This document shows, in pieces, positions 35,842-44,562 of a stretch of DNA of 64,000 bases (positions within the stretch are counted from its first letter, which is position 1; each line of letters opens with the position of its first letter). The notes beneath the pieces were generated by a model. That model was not told the origin of the DNA and searched no databases. It saw only the letters and a program-made list of their open reading frames with translations. Location of the stretch: positions 1 to 64,000 of IMG/VR virus record IMGVR_UViG_3300033463_000014. One strand, written 5' to 3'. Source of the DNA: a virus (Duplodnaviria > Caudoviricetes). The position numbers were made by a program, and so were the translations under genes.

Positions 35842-36634
35842 CGGGCGTGTCCGTCTCGGAAGACAGGTCGCCGAACCTGATGTCGGTCACTCCGGGCGTG
35901 ACGTCGACCGGCGTTCCGGACACGAAGATCCCGGTCGGGAGGACCGGCTTCATGCCGACGGTCTTCAGAATGGGCGACTCGATCTTCACGGACCACGCGT
36001 CCGCCCAAGAAAACGAGACCTGAACGGCGGACATCAGCCTGTCCCTGCCGTCCGCCTGCCCCGATTCGCCCTTCTGGACCGGGACGCGCCCCCTGACGAC
36101 GAAGCTCTCGAAGCAGTACTGGTCGGCGATCTGGCCCTGGAGGGAGGAAAGGAAGCTCTCCGTGTTGTCAGCGAGGCAGCACGCCTCACCGACGCTTGTC
36201 CCGACGTGCGCGAAGGTTGCGGAGCACGACCCGGTGCGCTCGTAGCGCATCTCACCTCCCGGGCTGACGTACGTCAGGCCCTCCGGGCTGATGGACGGGA
36301 CGGGCTCGTAGGCGATCTCGCCAAGCCTGACGAAGATGGCAGGCAGAAAGTCTGGGCGCATGTCCTCCCACCTGAGCTCGGTGTCTATCCATATCCCGGT
36401 ACGCTCAGGATCAGGCTTCCAGACGACGCTAGGGCATCCGAACACGCGCCCCTTTTTGTCCGCGTATATCGAGCGCGCGGTGGAGACGAGCATGGCGTAG
36501 AGGACGGACGCGGACTTCCTGAGCTCGCAGATGTGCTCCATCCCGCCCACGCGGTGCCACGGCTGCACCTCCTCCTGTGAAATCCCCAAACGCGCCTTAC
36601 TGATCCTCGGGTCAGACGCCTTCCTCCTGCCCAT
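35831..36634 (-). CDS. Tail completion/terminator-like protein (267 aa)
   Basis: Between neck and sheath genes; LPAIFVRLG motif typical of tail terminators. Confidence 0.55.
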   Translation of the reverse strand: MGRRKASDPRISKARLGISQEEVQPWHRVGGMEHICELRKSASVLYAMLVSTARSIYADKKGRVFGCPSVVWKPDPERTGIWIDTELRWEDMRPDFLPAIFVRLGEIAYEPVPSISPEGLTYVSPGGEMRYERTGSCSATFAHVGTSVGEACCLADNTESFLSSLQGQIADQYCFESFVVRGRVPVQKGESGQADGRDRLMSAVQVSFSWADAWSVKIESPILKTVGMKPVLPTGIFVSGTPVDVTPGVTDIRFGDLSSETDTPVDN

Positions 36635-36635
36635 C

Positions 36636-37454
36636 CTAGTCCTCCCCTTCTCCGGAATCCGTTCCGCCGGCGACGCCTATCCTGTAGGCCGCGTCGCTGA
36701 GCGGGGCCTCGCTGAACGAGACGTTCTGCAGGCAGGGTATGCGCCTCACCTCGGACGTCACGCTGACTGACGCTATGACGTAACGCTTGTCCTGAGCCCT
36801 GTCGATGACGACGTCCCCCATCTTCAGGACGGGGTTTCCGATCGCAAGGGCCTCGAACACGCGCTCCTCCCGCGTGCCGTCGTTCGTCCTCGCCTCCCTG
36901 TGGGCCGCGTCGGCCGAGAAGGACATCATCATCCTGTGCGGGCCGTAGTAGGCCGGGAACCTTCCGGTCCCGAAGCACTTCGGGCAGTGCGTGTCCCTGA
37001 CGACGCCTGTCACCGGGTCGAGGCACCTCGGGCATCTCGGGCCGAACGTCGAGCGGATGTACACGTCGCACTCGACGCCGGCGAGGACGCGGGCCCTCAG
37101 GAGCTCCCTCCGGATGATCTCGCGAGCGAGAAGGAAGTCGCGCCTCCCGAGATCACCGTACGGCTGCCTGGCCGAGGAGAAGTACGTTCCCTTCGGCGTG
37201 TCCATCCTAAGCCTGAAATACAGGACGTCCGACTTCCCGACGAGGTTCTCTCCCCCGGGAGCCCTCCACGAAACGACGTTGACGAGGACGGGCGACACGT
37301 CCTCCCACGGCCCGCCGGACGAAGGGCCCCTCTGCACGCGGAAGGTCCACGGCGATGGGTCGCTGAACCCGCCGAAGACCTCCCACGAGTAGGAGAATCC
37401 GCCCGCGTAGCCTGGCGCTATCGTGAACGCGCTGAATGGGCTCTCAACAGGCAT
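36636..37454 (-). CDS. Neck/head-closure protein with a CxxC..CxxCxGxG zinc finger (272 aa)
   Basis: RCPRCLD...HCPKCFGTG; C-terminal LKMGDVVID..KRYVI..V stopper-like pattern. Confidence 0.6.
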   Translation of the reverse strand: MPVESPFSAFTIAPGYAGGFSYSWEVFGGFSDPSPWTFRVQRGPSSGGPWEDVSPVLVNVVSWRAPGGENLVGKSDVLYFRLRMDTPKGTYFSSARQPYGDLGRRDFLLAREIIRRELLRARVLAGVECDVYIRSTFGPRCPRCLDPVTGVVRDTHCPKCFGTGRFPAYYGPHRMMMSFSADAAHREARTNDGTREERVFEALAIGNPVLKMGDVVIDRAQDKRYVIASVSVTSEVRRIPCLQNVSFSEAPLSDAAYRIGVAGGTDSGEGED

Positions 37455-37456
37455 TC

Positions 37457-37615
37457 CTACTTTCTGTCCGGGCTAGGACGCCTTTCGGTCTTGTGTTCTT
37501 GCCGCCCGGTATTCCCACCGTCTGCTTTCGCCGCGAACTTGGCGAGCGCGACCGGATCGACCCCTCGGTCCTCGGCTGCCTTGACGAAACCCCTAATGAA
37601 TGTCTCTCTGCTCAT
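37457..37615 (-). CDS. Small head-associated protein (52 aa; start reassigned to MSRETF)
   Basis: CAGGAG RBS; FIRGFVKAAEDRGVDP motif shared with the scaffold C-terminus. Confidence 0.55.
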   Translation of the reverse strand: MSRETFIRGFVKAAEDRGVDPVALAKFAAKADGGNTGRQEHKTERRPSPDRK

Positions 37616-37634
37616 GCGTTTCTCCTGTTGCCAC

Positions 37635-38579
37635 TTATTTACCACTGCCTTGTCCGTCGGTCTGTGCGTCATCAAGCGCCTTTAACAGGCTTCCCCAGTC
37701 GATCCTGGAGGCACCTCCTGCGAGGGCTCCCAAAGCGGCCCCCCTGCCGGCTTTACCACCGAAAAGCTTGCTTATGGCGGCTCCGCCTATCGCGCCTCCT
37801 CCCGTTGAAAGGAGAGCCTTCGTCACGGCGTTCTGTTGCCCGTACCAGTCCCTGGCCCTTCCAGCGTATTTCCCGATCTGCTCCTTGACCTGGTCCCATG
37901 TCGCGGACGCCTTTTTCTCGGCATTGCCATTGGCCTCGGCCTCGTCCCTTTCTCCCTGCGATCTGCCTAAGCGCTTGAGAAGGCCATAATCCGCGAGCCC
38001 AGGAACTACATACTTTGCGAGTAACGAACCCTTGTCAGCCTCGATCTGCTCCCTAGCCGTTCTGCGTCGTTTCACAGCGGCCGCTATGGCCGCCGCAAGA
38101 TGTCCGGCTACTGCCAGTGCAGCTCCGGAAGCCCCTCCTTTTATGGCTCCTTTCTTCCCGCCGGCCGCCGCTCCTATTCCAGCTCCAGCTCCAATAGCCG
38201 ACAGTAGAGCTATCGGACTACCAATATGCTCTGCAACGGCGTGCGCGACAGGTCTTGCGTCTTTGTCTCCCTCGTTCTCTTTGATGGCGGCAAGTTCCCT
38301 CATCACTTGCGTCTTTATGCGGTTACCCAGCCGATATGAACCTACCCCAGGGAAAAAAGCTGGCCACATTTTTTTCTGTCGGTTGTCCGGTTGGGACGCC
38401 AGTCCAGCAAGATACGCGAGGCCCATTTTGGAAGCCGCCACTGGACCCACACCCGGAAGTGCAGAAATCAAAGCGGATGCCGGCATCCCGGCTACCACAT
38501 CTCCGGCAACACCGACACCTTCCGCGCGCTTCACGGATGAACACTTCTCCATTGCCATGGTTAGCTTTTCCTTATACAT
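37635..38579 (-). CDS. Gly/Ala-rich hydrophobic protein, putative internal/ejection protein (314 aa)
   Basis: Glycine-zipper segments IGAGAGIGAAAGG and GGGAIGGAA; KxA motifs (VKRA, EKKAS). Confidence 0.55.
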   Translation of the reverse strand: MYKEKLTMAMEKCSSVKRAEGVGVAGDVVAGMPASALISALPGVGPVAASKMGLAYLAGLASQPDNRQKKMWPAFFPGVGSYRLGNRIKTQVMRELAAIKENEGDKDARPVAHAVAEHIGSPIALLSAIGAGAGIGAAAGGKKGAIKGGASGAALAVAGHLAAAIAAAVKRRRTAREQIEADKGSLLAKYVVPGLADYGLLKRLGRSQGERDEAEANGNAEKKASATWDQVKEQIGKYAGRARDWYGQQNAVTKALLSTGGGAIGGAAISKLFGGKAGRGAALGALAGGASRIDWGSLLKALDDAQTDGQGSGK

Positions 38580-38593
38580 GCCTTATCCTTTCA

Positions 38594-41335
38594 TCAGTCC
38601 TGCTGGACCGTCTTCTCCTTGAGCTGTAGCGTGAGGTCGCCCAGCGACTTGAACACGTTGCGGAGCCTGTCCTCCATCTGGACGACGTCGTCGCTCCCGT
38701 ACCTCTGGTTGAAGTCCTCGTGCTTCCAGTAGAACAGGAACAGGATGCGTCCGAGCCGGTCGATCGTGTCCATGAACTCAGGGACGTACGAGTCTACGAC
38801 GTTGCCAACGTCGTAGACCTTGACGAGCCCGCCGATGGCGGCCTGGTCGAACACGTGGCGCTGACCGGCGGCCGCCGCATCCGCGGCGAGGGCCTTCGCC
38901 TCCTCGTCAAGCGGGAGGGCGCCCTCGAGCGAGTCCGTGTGCCCGTCGGGGATCTCCTCGCCCCCCATGTTGCGCTCCATCTCTCCGCCGATGTTGATGC
39001 CGCGAGTCATGCCGCCCTCGGGCGGGAGCCCCGGGACGCCGGTGAACTGGCCGTGGACCATCTCGACGTACGGCGACGCGTATACGGGAACTCCGGAGTA
39101 GGGGTCCGTCGCGGGGATCTGGTCCATCGGGGCAGGCATCGCGACGTTCACGAGGCTTCCGACCTGCGCCGACTTCCCAATCCCGGCCTTTCCGGACAGG
39201 GACGGTACCATTACGAGAATCCTTACGCCGTCCGAGGAAGCAGCCGCCTTTGAGAGGTAAGAGAACGCCCGCCTTGGCCTCATACCGAACCTTGTGACGA
39301 GGTCTACGGCCGCCTGCTTGTATCCCATGGGGCCGTGCGGGCGTTTGGCGCCGTCGACGCTGAAGTAGAAGTCGGATCCGTCTGAGGCGATCTTGATCCT
39401 CTCGACTCCCTCGCTCTTCATCTGGTCGAGGATGTCCCCGGGATGTCCGAACGTGTACCTGCTGATCAGGGCCTTCCGTTCCTCGCCGGCCCTGGCAATG
39501 CTCATTTCCCGATCCGCATCGCTCTCGTCCGGATTGTATGCGTGTTCCGGCAGCGTCCTGACCTTTAGCGCCTTCCAGTCTGCAGGGATGATGACTCCGG
39601 ACGATGTCTTCTTCGGCATGCCGCCCTCCGAGCCGACGCTGAGGAAGTCCGAGGACCCGCAGATTTCGCACTCGCAGCAATTGTCTGCGTCGTACCACGT
39701 CTTCCTTCTCCCGTCGAAGTCGTGGTAGCGGTCGGACATATCCCAGTCCATGAAACCGTAATGCGGCTCAAGGGAACCGGACGGCTCTGTCTCGATGACG
39801 CAGTTCCCCCATCCGGTTGAGAACCTAGTGTGGTCCCCGTCCTTGAAGACGTGCTTGATGAAGAACGGACCGGCCGCATTCCCCTTGTCGTCGATGAACA
39901 TGTACGGCGTTCCCCTGTCCCTTCCGTCAGTCCCGACCTCGATTCCGCCGATGTCGGAAGCCTTCCCGTAAAGAGCCTTGAGATCGTCACCCTTGTCATC
40001 CTTCGCGGAATCCTCCTTGAACTCAGTCGTGAGGACTGACATCGGGGATGCCTCCGCGATCACGAACCCGTTGTCCTCGAAGCAGAAAAGCGTGCAGTCC
40101 TTGCCGCAGGTCGGAGAGACGACTGCGTTCAGCATAAAGCCCTCGCGGGTCATACCGTCCCCCATTACGAAATTGTACATCCCGGGACCGTCCGGAGGAT
40201 TGAACCTGCGCTCGAAGCTGACGAGGGCGTCGTCGTCCGTAACCTTGGCCGTCTCCTCGTCAGGGCGGAGATCCTCGATGGTGAAGTCGCGCTCGACGAT
40301 CTGCCTGGCGTTCTCCTCGACCGTGAGAGGGCTATCCTCCTTACCGACGTCGGATGCAGGGGTGTCCTGGGCGGACTTAGACAGGTCACCGATGTCACCG
40401 ACGACCCTTACCTTAGGCGATGAAGCGGCGATCTTGCGCATCCTGTCGACGTGGATGGATGCGTTCGCGAGCCTGTCGGTCCAGAACGCTCCTGCGTCCT
40501 TGTAGAGCGTGAGGGCCGCGTTGGCGAACCCTGCGTCGTGCATTGCCCCGAGGAACATGACCATGCACTCCGGTCCTCCCACCTTCTCCATGAAGGACCG
40601 GATGTATCCGGACTCGGCGCGCTTCTCAACCTTTCCAACCACCGACGACGCGAGGCCTGCCAACATTTCCGCGGTGTCCGGATCGGAGAGGGCTTTCGCG
40701 GTAGCCTCCTTGATGTGTTCCCACGCGTCGGAGAACGTCCACAACTCGTCTTTTTCAGCCGATCCCATCTTCCCGAGCATCACCTGCGGGCGCTGGACAA
40801 ACGTGAGGTCAGGATTCCGCATGGTCTCCCTGACGCGGTCGTCGGCAGCCTCGCCGATGCTGACGGAATGCCGGCTGATGATGAAGTCGATCCATTTCTC
40901 CTCAAGCGGGATGAACTGGTTCGTCTTCTTGTTGAGGATCATGTCGATCCCGCGAACCTGATTGTTCAGGAAGAACGCGGGGACATAGTAGAAGTCGTCG
41001 CCGATCTTGTATCCGAAGATGCCGACGGCCTTCGAGCCGTCCTCGCTCCTGTCGACGACCTCGAACCCGATGAGGTACTTGATGAGGGCCGGCGCCCTGT
41101 CCTGGACGAACTGGAACGCGAGCGACCCGAAATCGTCCTCGTACTGGCGCTGGTTCGCCGACTCCGGGGCCTGCATCTCGTCCGGGTTACCAGTCACGGG
41201 GGACTGTCCCGGGTCTGGCGGGATCCCCTCAGGGCCTCCCGGCGCAGCCATCTGCGCCTCCTTGAAAATGAGCGTTCCCAGCCCGATTTTCGGGCTTATC
41301 CTGAGAGAGTCGAAAGTGGGTCTAGAGCTTGCCAT
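38594..41335 (-). CDS. Large head-module protein (913 aa), putative inner-head/core protein
   Basis: Own promoter and AGGAG RBS; multiple KxA motifs (KEAQ, KRAE, KIAA, KSAQ twice). Confidence 0.6.
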   Translation of the reverse strand: MASSRPTFDSLRISPKIGLGTLIFKEAQMAAPGGPEGIPPDPGQSPVTGNPDEMQAPESANQRQYEDDFGSLAFQFVQDRAPALIKYLIGFEVVDRSEDGSKAVGIFGYKIGDDFYYVPAFFLNNQVRGIDMILNKKTNQFIPLEEKWIDFIISRHSVSIGEAADDRVRETMRNPDLTFVQRPQVMLGKMGSAEKDELWTFSDAWEHIKEATAKALSDPDTAEMLAGLASSVVGKVEKRAESGYIRSFMEKVGGPECMVMFLGAMHDAGFANAALTLYKDAGAFWTDRLANASIHVDRMRKIAASSPKVRVVGDIGDLSKSAQDTPASDVGKEDSPLTVEENARQIVERDFTIEDLRPDEETAKVTDDDALVSFERRFNPPDGPGMYNFVMGDGMTREGFMLNAVVSPTCGKDCTLFCFEDNGFVIAEASPMSVLTTEFKEDSAKDDKGDDLKALYGKASDIGGIEVGTDGRDRGTPYMFIDDKGNAAGPFFIKHVFKDGDHTRFSTGWGNCVIETEPSGSLEPHYGFMDWDMSDRYHDFDGRRKTWYDADNCCECEICGSSDFLSVGSEGGMPKKTSSGVIIPADWKALKVRTLPEHAYNPDESDADREMSIARAGEERKALISRYTFGHPGDILDQMKSEGVERIKIASDGSDFYFSVDGAKRPHGPMGYKQAAVDLVTRFGMRPRRAFSYLSKAAASSDGVRILVMVPSLSGKAGIGKSAQVGSLVNVAMPAPMDQIPATDPYSGVPVYASPYVEMVHGQFTGVPGLPPEGGMTRGINIGGEMERNMGGEEIPDGHTDSLEGALPLDEEAKALAADAAAAGQRHVFDQAAIGGLVKVYDVGNVVDSYVPEFMDTIDRLGRILFLFYWKHEDFNQRYGSDDVVQMEDRLRNVFKSLGDLTLQLKEKTVQQD

Positions 41336-41358
41336 TGCTTCTCCTTTGATTCGTCCCT

Positions 41359-41368
41359 ATTATACCAA
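41359..41368 (-). promoter_or_regulatory. Extended -10 promoter TTGGTATAAT
   Basis: 23 nt upstream of ATG 41335. Confidence 0.65.
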
Positions 41369-41405
41369 CAAATGCCCGAAACATCTTTTGCTGAGGGCCA
41401 GCGGC

Positions 41406-41867
41406 CTACGCCCACCCCCATCCGAGATTGGCGTTCAGCTCGCGCTTTTTCTTCCTCACCGCGGTAAGGAACTCGTCCCTGAGCCGCATGGACGCCTGGT
41501 CATACTCTGCAGCCTTCGCCTGGTCGTTGACCGACGTTCCACCCGCGCTGATCTGGAGGCTGTTCCTCCTGTACCGGTGGGCCGCCATGGCGAGAAGGTT
41601 GGACGCGACGCCGAGGAGGAGAATCGATCGGTAGGGGAACTTGTCCCAGTCCGTCCTGTAGATCTCCGGCGGAGTGTCGTTCCACCTGTCCACCGTGATG
41701 TTCATAGCCGTCCGGATCTCCTCCGGAGTGAACTCGAAATCGTCGAGAAGGATGTTCGCCGCCGGGTTTTTGTCCCTGAGGAAGACGCGGACCTCCATGT
41801 CCGTCATCGGGGCGTCGTTTCCCTTTGGATCGATCGGCCTACCGTCTCTGTCCGTCACACCAGCCAT
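41406..41867 (-). CDS. Head-tail adaptor/connector protein (153 aa)
   Basis: EVRVFLRD...EFTPEEI...SAGGTSV pattern of adaptor proteins; two genes after the MCP. Confidence 0.65.
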   Translation of the reverse strand: MAGVTDRDGRPIDPKGNDAPMTDMEVRVFLRDKNPAANILLDDFEFTPEEIRTAMNITVDRWNDTPPEIYRTDWDKFPYRSILLLGVASNLLAMAAHRYRRNSLQISAGGTSVNDQAKAAEYDQASMRLRDEFLTAVRKKKRELNANLGWGWA

Positions 41868-42367
41868 TCGGACCTCCCGGAATTCTTCTTTTCACCGTCC
41901 GTCCCTCCGGACCCTCCAGTGCCGTTGAGCCTGAGCAGGGGCGATTTCTTAGGGTCGACCGGGCTCACGTATCCAGGCGTGTCCGTGAAGGCGCTCTCAA
42001 TGGCGCTCCTGTTAAGCCCTAACAGCTCCCTTACCCTGTCCACGACCCTTCCCCACGCGTTCGAGAGGTGTCCCCTGTCTGCCCTGCCGTGCCTCTCGCC
42101 GTCCGCTCCCAGATAGAACGCGGCGCTTCCGACCAGCGCGGGGATCAGCCAGGACTTGTTCCTGTCCCAGAACGTCTCCTCGACATACCCTCCGTGTCCG
42201 CCGTGCCCGCCGTATGCGACCTTTCCGATGGACGCCTCCTTGCACAGCCTCTCCGCGACGGAGATCGCGTCGTCCGCCGGAAGCCCAGCCTCCGAGGCCG
42301 CCATCATTGCGCCTGCGGCGAACATAGGCGCCATGTTGTCCCTCAGGAACCTGTCTCTGATATCCAT
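41855..42367 (-). CDS. Hypothetical head-module protein with a hydrophobic segment (170 aa)
   Basis: KEAS/KVA motifs; WLIPALVGSAAFYLG. Confidence 0.55.
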   Translation of the reverse strand: MDIRDRFLRDNMAPMFAAGAMMAASEAGLPADDAISVAERLCKEASIGKVAYGGHGGHGGYVEETFWDRNKSWLIPALVGSAAFYLGADGERHGRADRGHLSNAWGRVVDRVRELLGLNRSAIESAFTDTPGYVSPVDPKKSPLLRLNGTGGSGGTDGEKKNSGRSEWLV

Positions 42368-42380
42368 GAATGTCCCCCAC

Positions 42381-42419
42381 AGAAGAGAGGCGGGACCGGA
42401 AACTAATCCGGCCCCGCCT
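42381..42419 (-). terminator. Terminator-like hairpin downstream of the major capsid gene
   Basis: AGGCGGGGCCGGA-ttagtt-TCCGGTCCCGCCT followed by a weak CTCTTCT tail. Confidence 0.65.
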
Positions 42420-42474
42420 GGCCGTTAAGACCGTTGGACGGCTTGCTGGCTATGTCTCGATTCGCTCCATACGG

Positions 42475-43494
42475 CTAGCTGCCGCTGCCAGAGTCAGAGC
42501 CCGAGGTTTCGGTGTCCCAGCTTCCCTGGAACTGCGACCCGAACCGGGCCACCGCCATGCCGGCGATGTTGCCGAACGAGAAGCCGCCCAGCCAGTAGCT
42601 GAACCACTTGATGAAGTACGCCTCCTTGTTGAGGTACATCGTCCAGTCGGTCAGCGTGTAGTTGTGGCCGAGGAACGACGGCTCCGCGAAGAAGTAGATG
42701 TACCCCTCCGGGACCAGGCTGCGCTTGATCGTGGAGATCGCCTTGATGCCCATGATCGTGGTCTCGGTGAGGCCGTTCTTCCAGTGCTCCTGGGCAAGGT
42801 CGCCACCGATTTCCTGACGGTTGAGCTTCAGCACGTCGCGCAGCGTGTTCTCGTGCGCAAGCATGACGTAGTTGCGGGCGATGAACTTGTCGTTGGCGTT
42901 TCCGGCCGGCAGCATCTTCGTTGCATCCGTGAACGTGTCGCGGTTGAGGCCTTCCTCGAAGTCCCTCCACTGAACCTTGCCGGTGACGGGATGGACGTTG
43001 CCGGCCACTCCGCCGCCAACAGTGTTGCTGACGATCGAGTTGACGGTGTCGATGAACTTCCGGTCGTGCGTAGCCATGCCGTCCTTGATGCTGTTGTCGG
43101 TGAGCATCTTGCGGATCGGGTAGTTGTACGTCCGGAGCTGGTCGATGTCCTTCGTGAACGCCGGGGTGACGATCCGGGCGAGCGGGGTGATGTACTTGGA
43201 CCCCGTGATGATCTCGCCCTCGGGGACCATCTCGAACGGGACGTACTTCGCTCCCGGGGAATCGGGCTCGAGGTCGTCGATGACGATCAGGTCCTCGGTC
43301 ATGGTCTTCGCCAGCTTCTCGTTGCCGATCTTCTCGGGCGGGAGGATCTTGTTGGCGAAAGAACCCTCACGGATGTTGATGCGCGTCACGTCGCTCGCGG
43401 CCTGCGCCACCTTCTCGATGTCGGCGGACGCGCCCTTCTCGAGCATGGCGCGGAGGTTGCGGTCAAGAATCTGCTCCTGTGCTTCCTTAGTCAT
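42475..43494 (-). CDS. Major capsid protein (HK97-fold, 339 aa)
   Basis: Canonical protease-scaffold-decoration-MCP order; strong codon bias and AGGAG RBS; IREGSFANKILPP and VPEGYIYFFAEP motifs; followed by a hairpin. Confidence 0.8.
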   Translation of the reverse strand: MTKEAQEQILDRNLRAMLEKGASADIEKVAQAASDVTRINIREGSFANKILPPEKIGNEKLAKTMTEDLIVIDDLEPDSPGAKYVPFEMVPEGEIITGSKYITPLARIVTPAFTKDIDQLRTYNYPIRKMLTDNSIKDGMATHDRKFIDTVNSIVSNTVGGGVAGNVHPVTGKVQWRDFEEGLNRDTFTDATKMLPAGNANDKFIARNYVMLAHENTLRDVLKLNRQEIGGDLAQEHWKNGLTETTIMGIKAISTIKRSLVPEGYIYFFAEPSFLGHNYTLTDWTMYLNKEAYFIKWFSYWLGGFSFGNIAGMAVARFGSQFQGSWDTETSGSDSGSGS

Positions 43495-43509
43495 CTGTCT
43501 CTCCTTTCC

Positions 43510-44049
43510 CTAGATGGCGGTTTTGAAGCGGATGACCGAAACGTTGGCGCCGGTGCGGACAGCCAGCCTGCGGTCGTTGGGGCTGCCGGGGACGGCGACC
43601 GCGTCATTCACCCAGCGCTCGAACGGGGCCGCGGTGACATATCCGACGAGGGGGTTAGTCCCGTCGCTTCCGGTCGTGGTGAGCAGTCCGTCGGCGACAT
43701 ACAGCTTAGCCCCGACCGTGTAGTTAGTCTTGGACTTGTCGTACACGCTCGTCTCGTACTCGCCGTCCTGGGTGAGGTCGATGGCGCCGATCGCGGGCTT
43801 GCCGCCATTCGGGTCGAACGCCGTACCGACAAACCCGGCCGTCGGGTCGGAGCTGTCATGGAGCGCGACGTAGAGAATATTGTCCGTGTTTCCGGCGATC
43901 TTGAACTCGGCGTTGGCGCCGGTTGCGTCGGAGGTAACCGCGACGATCATGCCGCGCTCGAACGTCGTAACGCTGTCCGCTGCCGGAAGCGTCTTGTCGA
44001 CCTGGGCGAGGCTCGGGTAGGGTCCCTTAACAGGAGAAAACCATCCCAT
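43510..44049 (-). CDS. Capsid decoration/cement protein (179 aa; start reassigned to MGWFSP)
   Basis: Immediately upstream of the MCP; YETSVYD...YTVGAKLYV..GLLT...VGYVT pattern. Confidence 0.65.
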   Translation of the reverse strand: MGWFSPVKGPYPSLAQVDKTLPAADSVTTFERGMIVAVTSDATGANAEFKIAGNTDNILYVALHDSSDPTAGFVGTAFDPNGGKPAIGAIDLTQDGEYETSVYDKSKTNYTVGAKLYVADGLLTTTGSDGTNPLVGYVTAAPFERWVNDAVAVPGSPNDRRLAVRTGANVSVIRFKTAI

Positions 44050-44108
44050 GTTTTTTGCCTTTCCTTTGGTTTTGGCTTGTTGGTTGTGAACCGGCTGGCC
44101 CACATGGG

Positions 44109-44546
44109 TCAGTCGACGTAACCCGCCCCGCGGCGGCAGCCGAGGAGCAGGGCAGACCACGGATCATCGACGCTCCGGGAGGAATCGAAGTCTGATGCCC
44201 TGCCGAGCGTGGGCGCGGAAATGCTTTCCGCCATCTTCTCGACAAGATCCCAGACCCCTGACGGATCCTCCGCGACCTTGTTGACGAAGTCGTCAACCTT
44301 GTCGTTCCCGATCGCGCCGCATCCGGCCAGAACCCTAGCGGCGTGCGCGGCCTTCTTGTTGAAGCTCTCGCGGGCCTCAACGAAATTATTCAGCGTTTTC
44401 TTCGTCTCGCCAATCTCGACCTCGGCGGAAGCGAGCTTCTCGGTGAGGCGCCTCCCGAAGTCGCAAAGGTCGAGGATGCGGGCTGTCCTCCGGAGCTCTT
44501 CAGCCTCGGGGACCAGAACCTGCCTTTTCTGAATCTCTGCGCTCAT
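44109..44546 (-). CDS. Head assembly/scaffold-associated protein (145 aa)
   Basis: Helical; four KxA motifs (KLAS, KKAA, KVAE, KMAE). Confidence 0.55.
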   Translation of the reverse strand: MSAEIQKRQVLVPEAEELRRTARILDLCDFGRRLTEKLASAEVEIGETKKTLNNFVEARESFNKKAAHAARVLAGCGAIGNDKVDDFVNKVAEDPSGVWDLVEKMAESISAPTLGRASDFDSSRSVDDPWSALLLGCRRGAGYVD

Positions 44547-44562
44547 CGGAGAACACCTCCCG

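Noticed and set aside
42370-44121. Long plus-strand ORFs (583 aa here; also 26646..27836, 60272..61579, 41007..42116 and others)
   Set aside because: They are antisense shadows of strongly GC3-biased minus-strand genes, with no RBS or recognisable motifs
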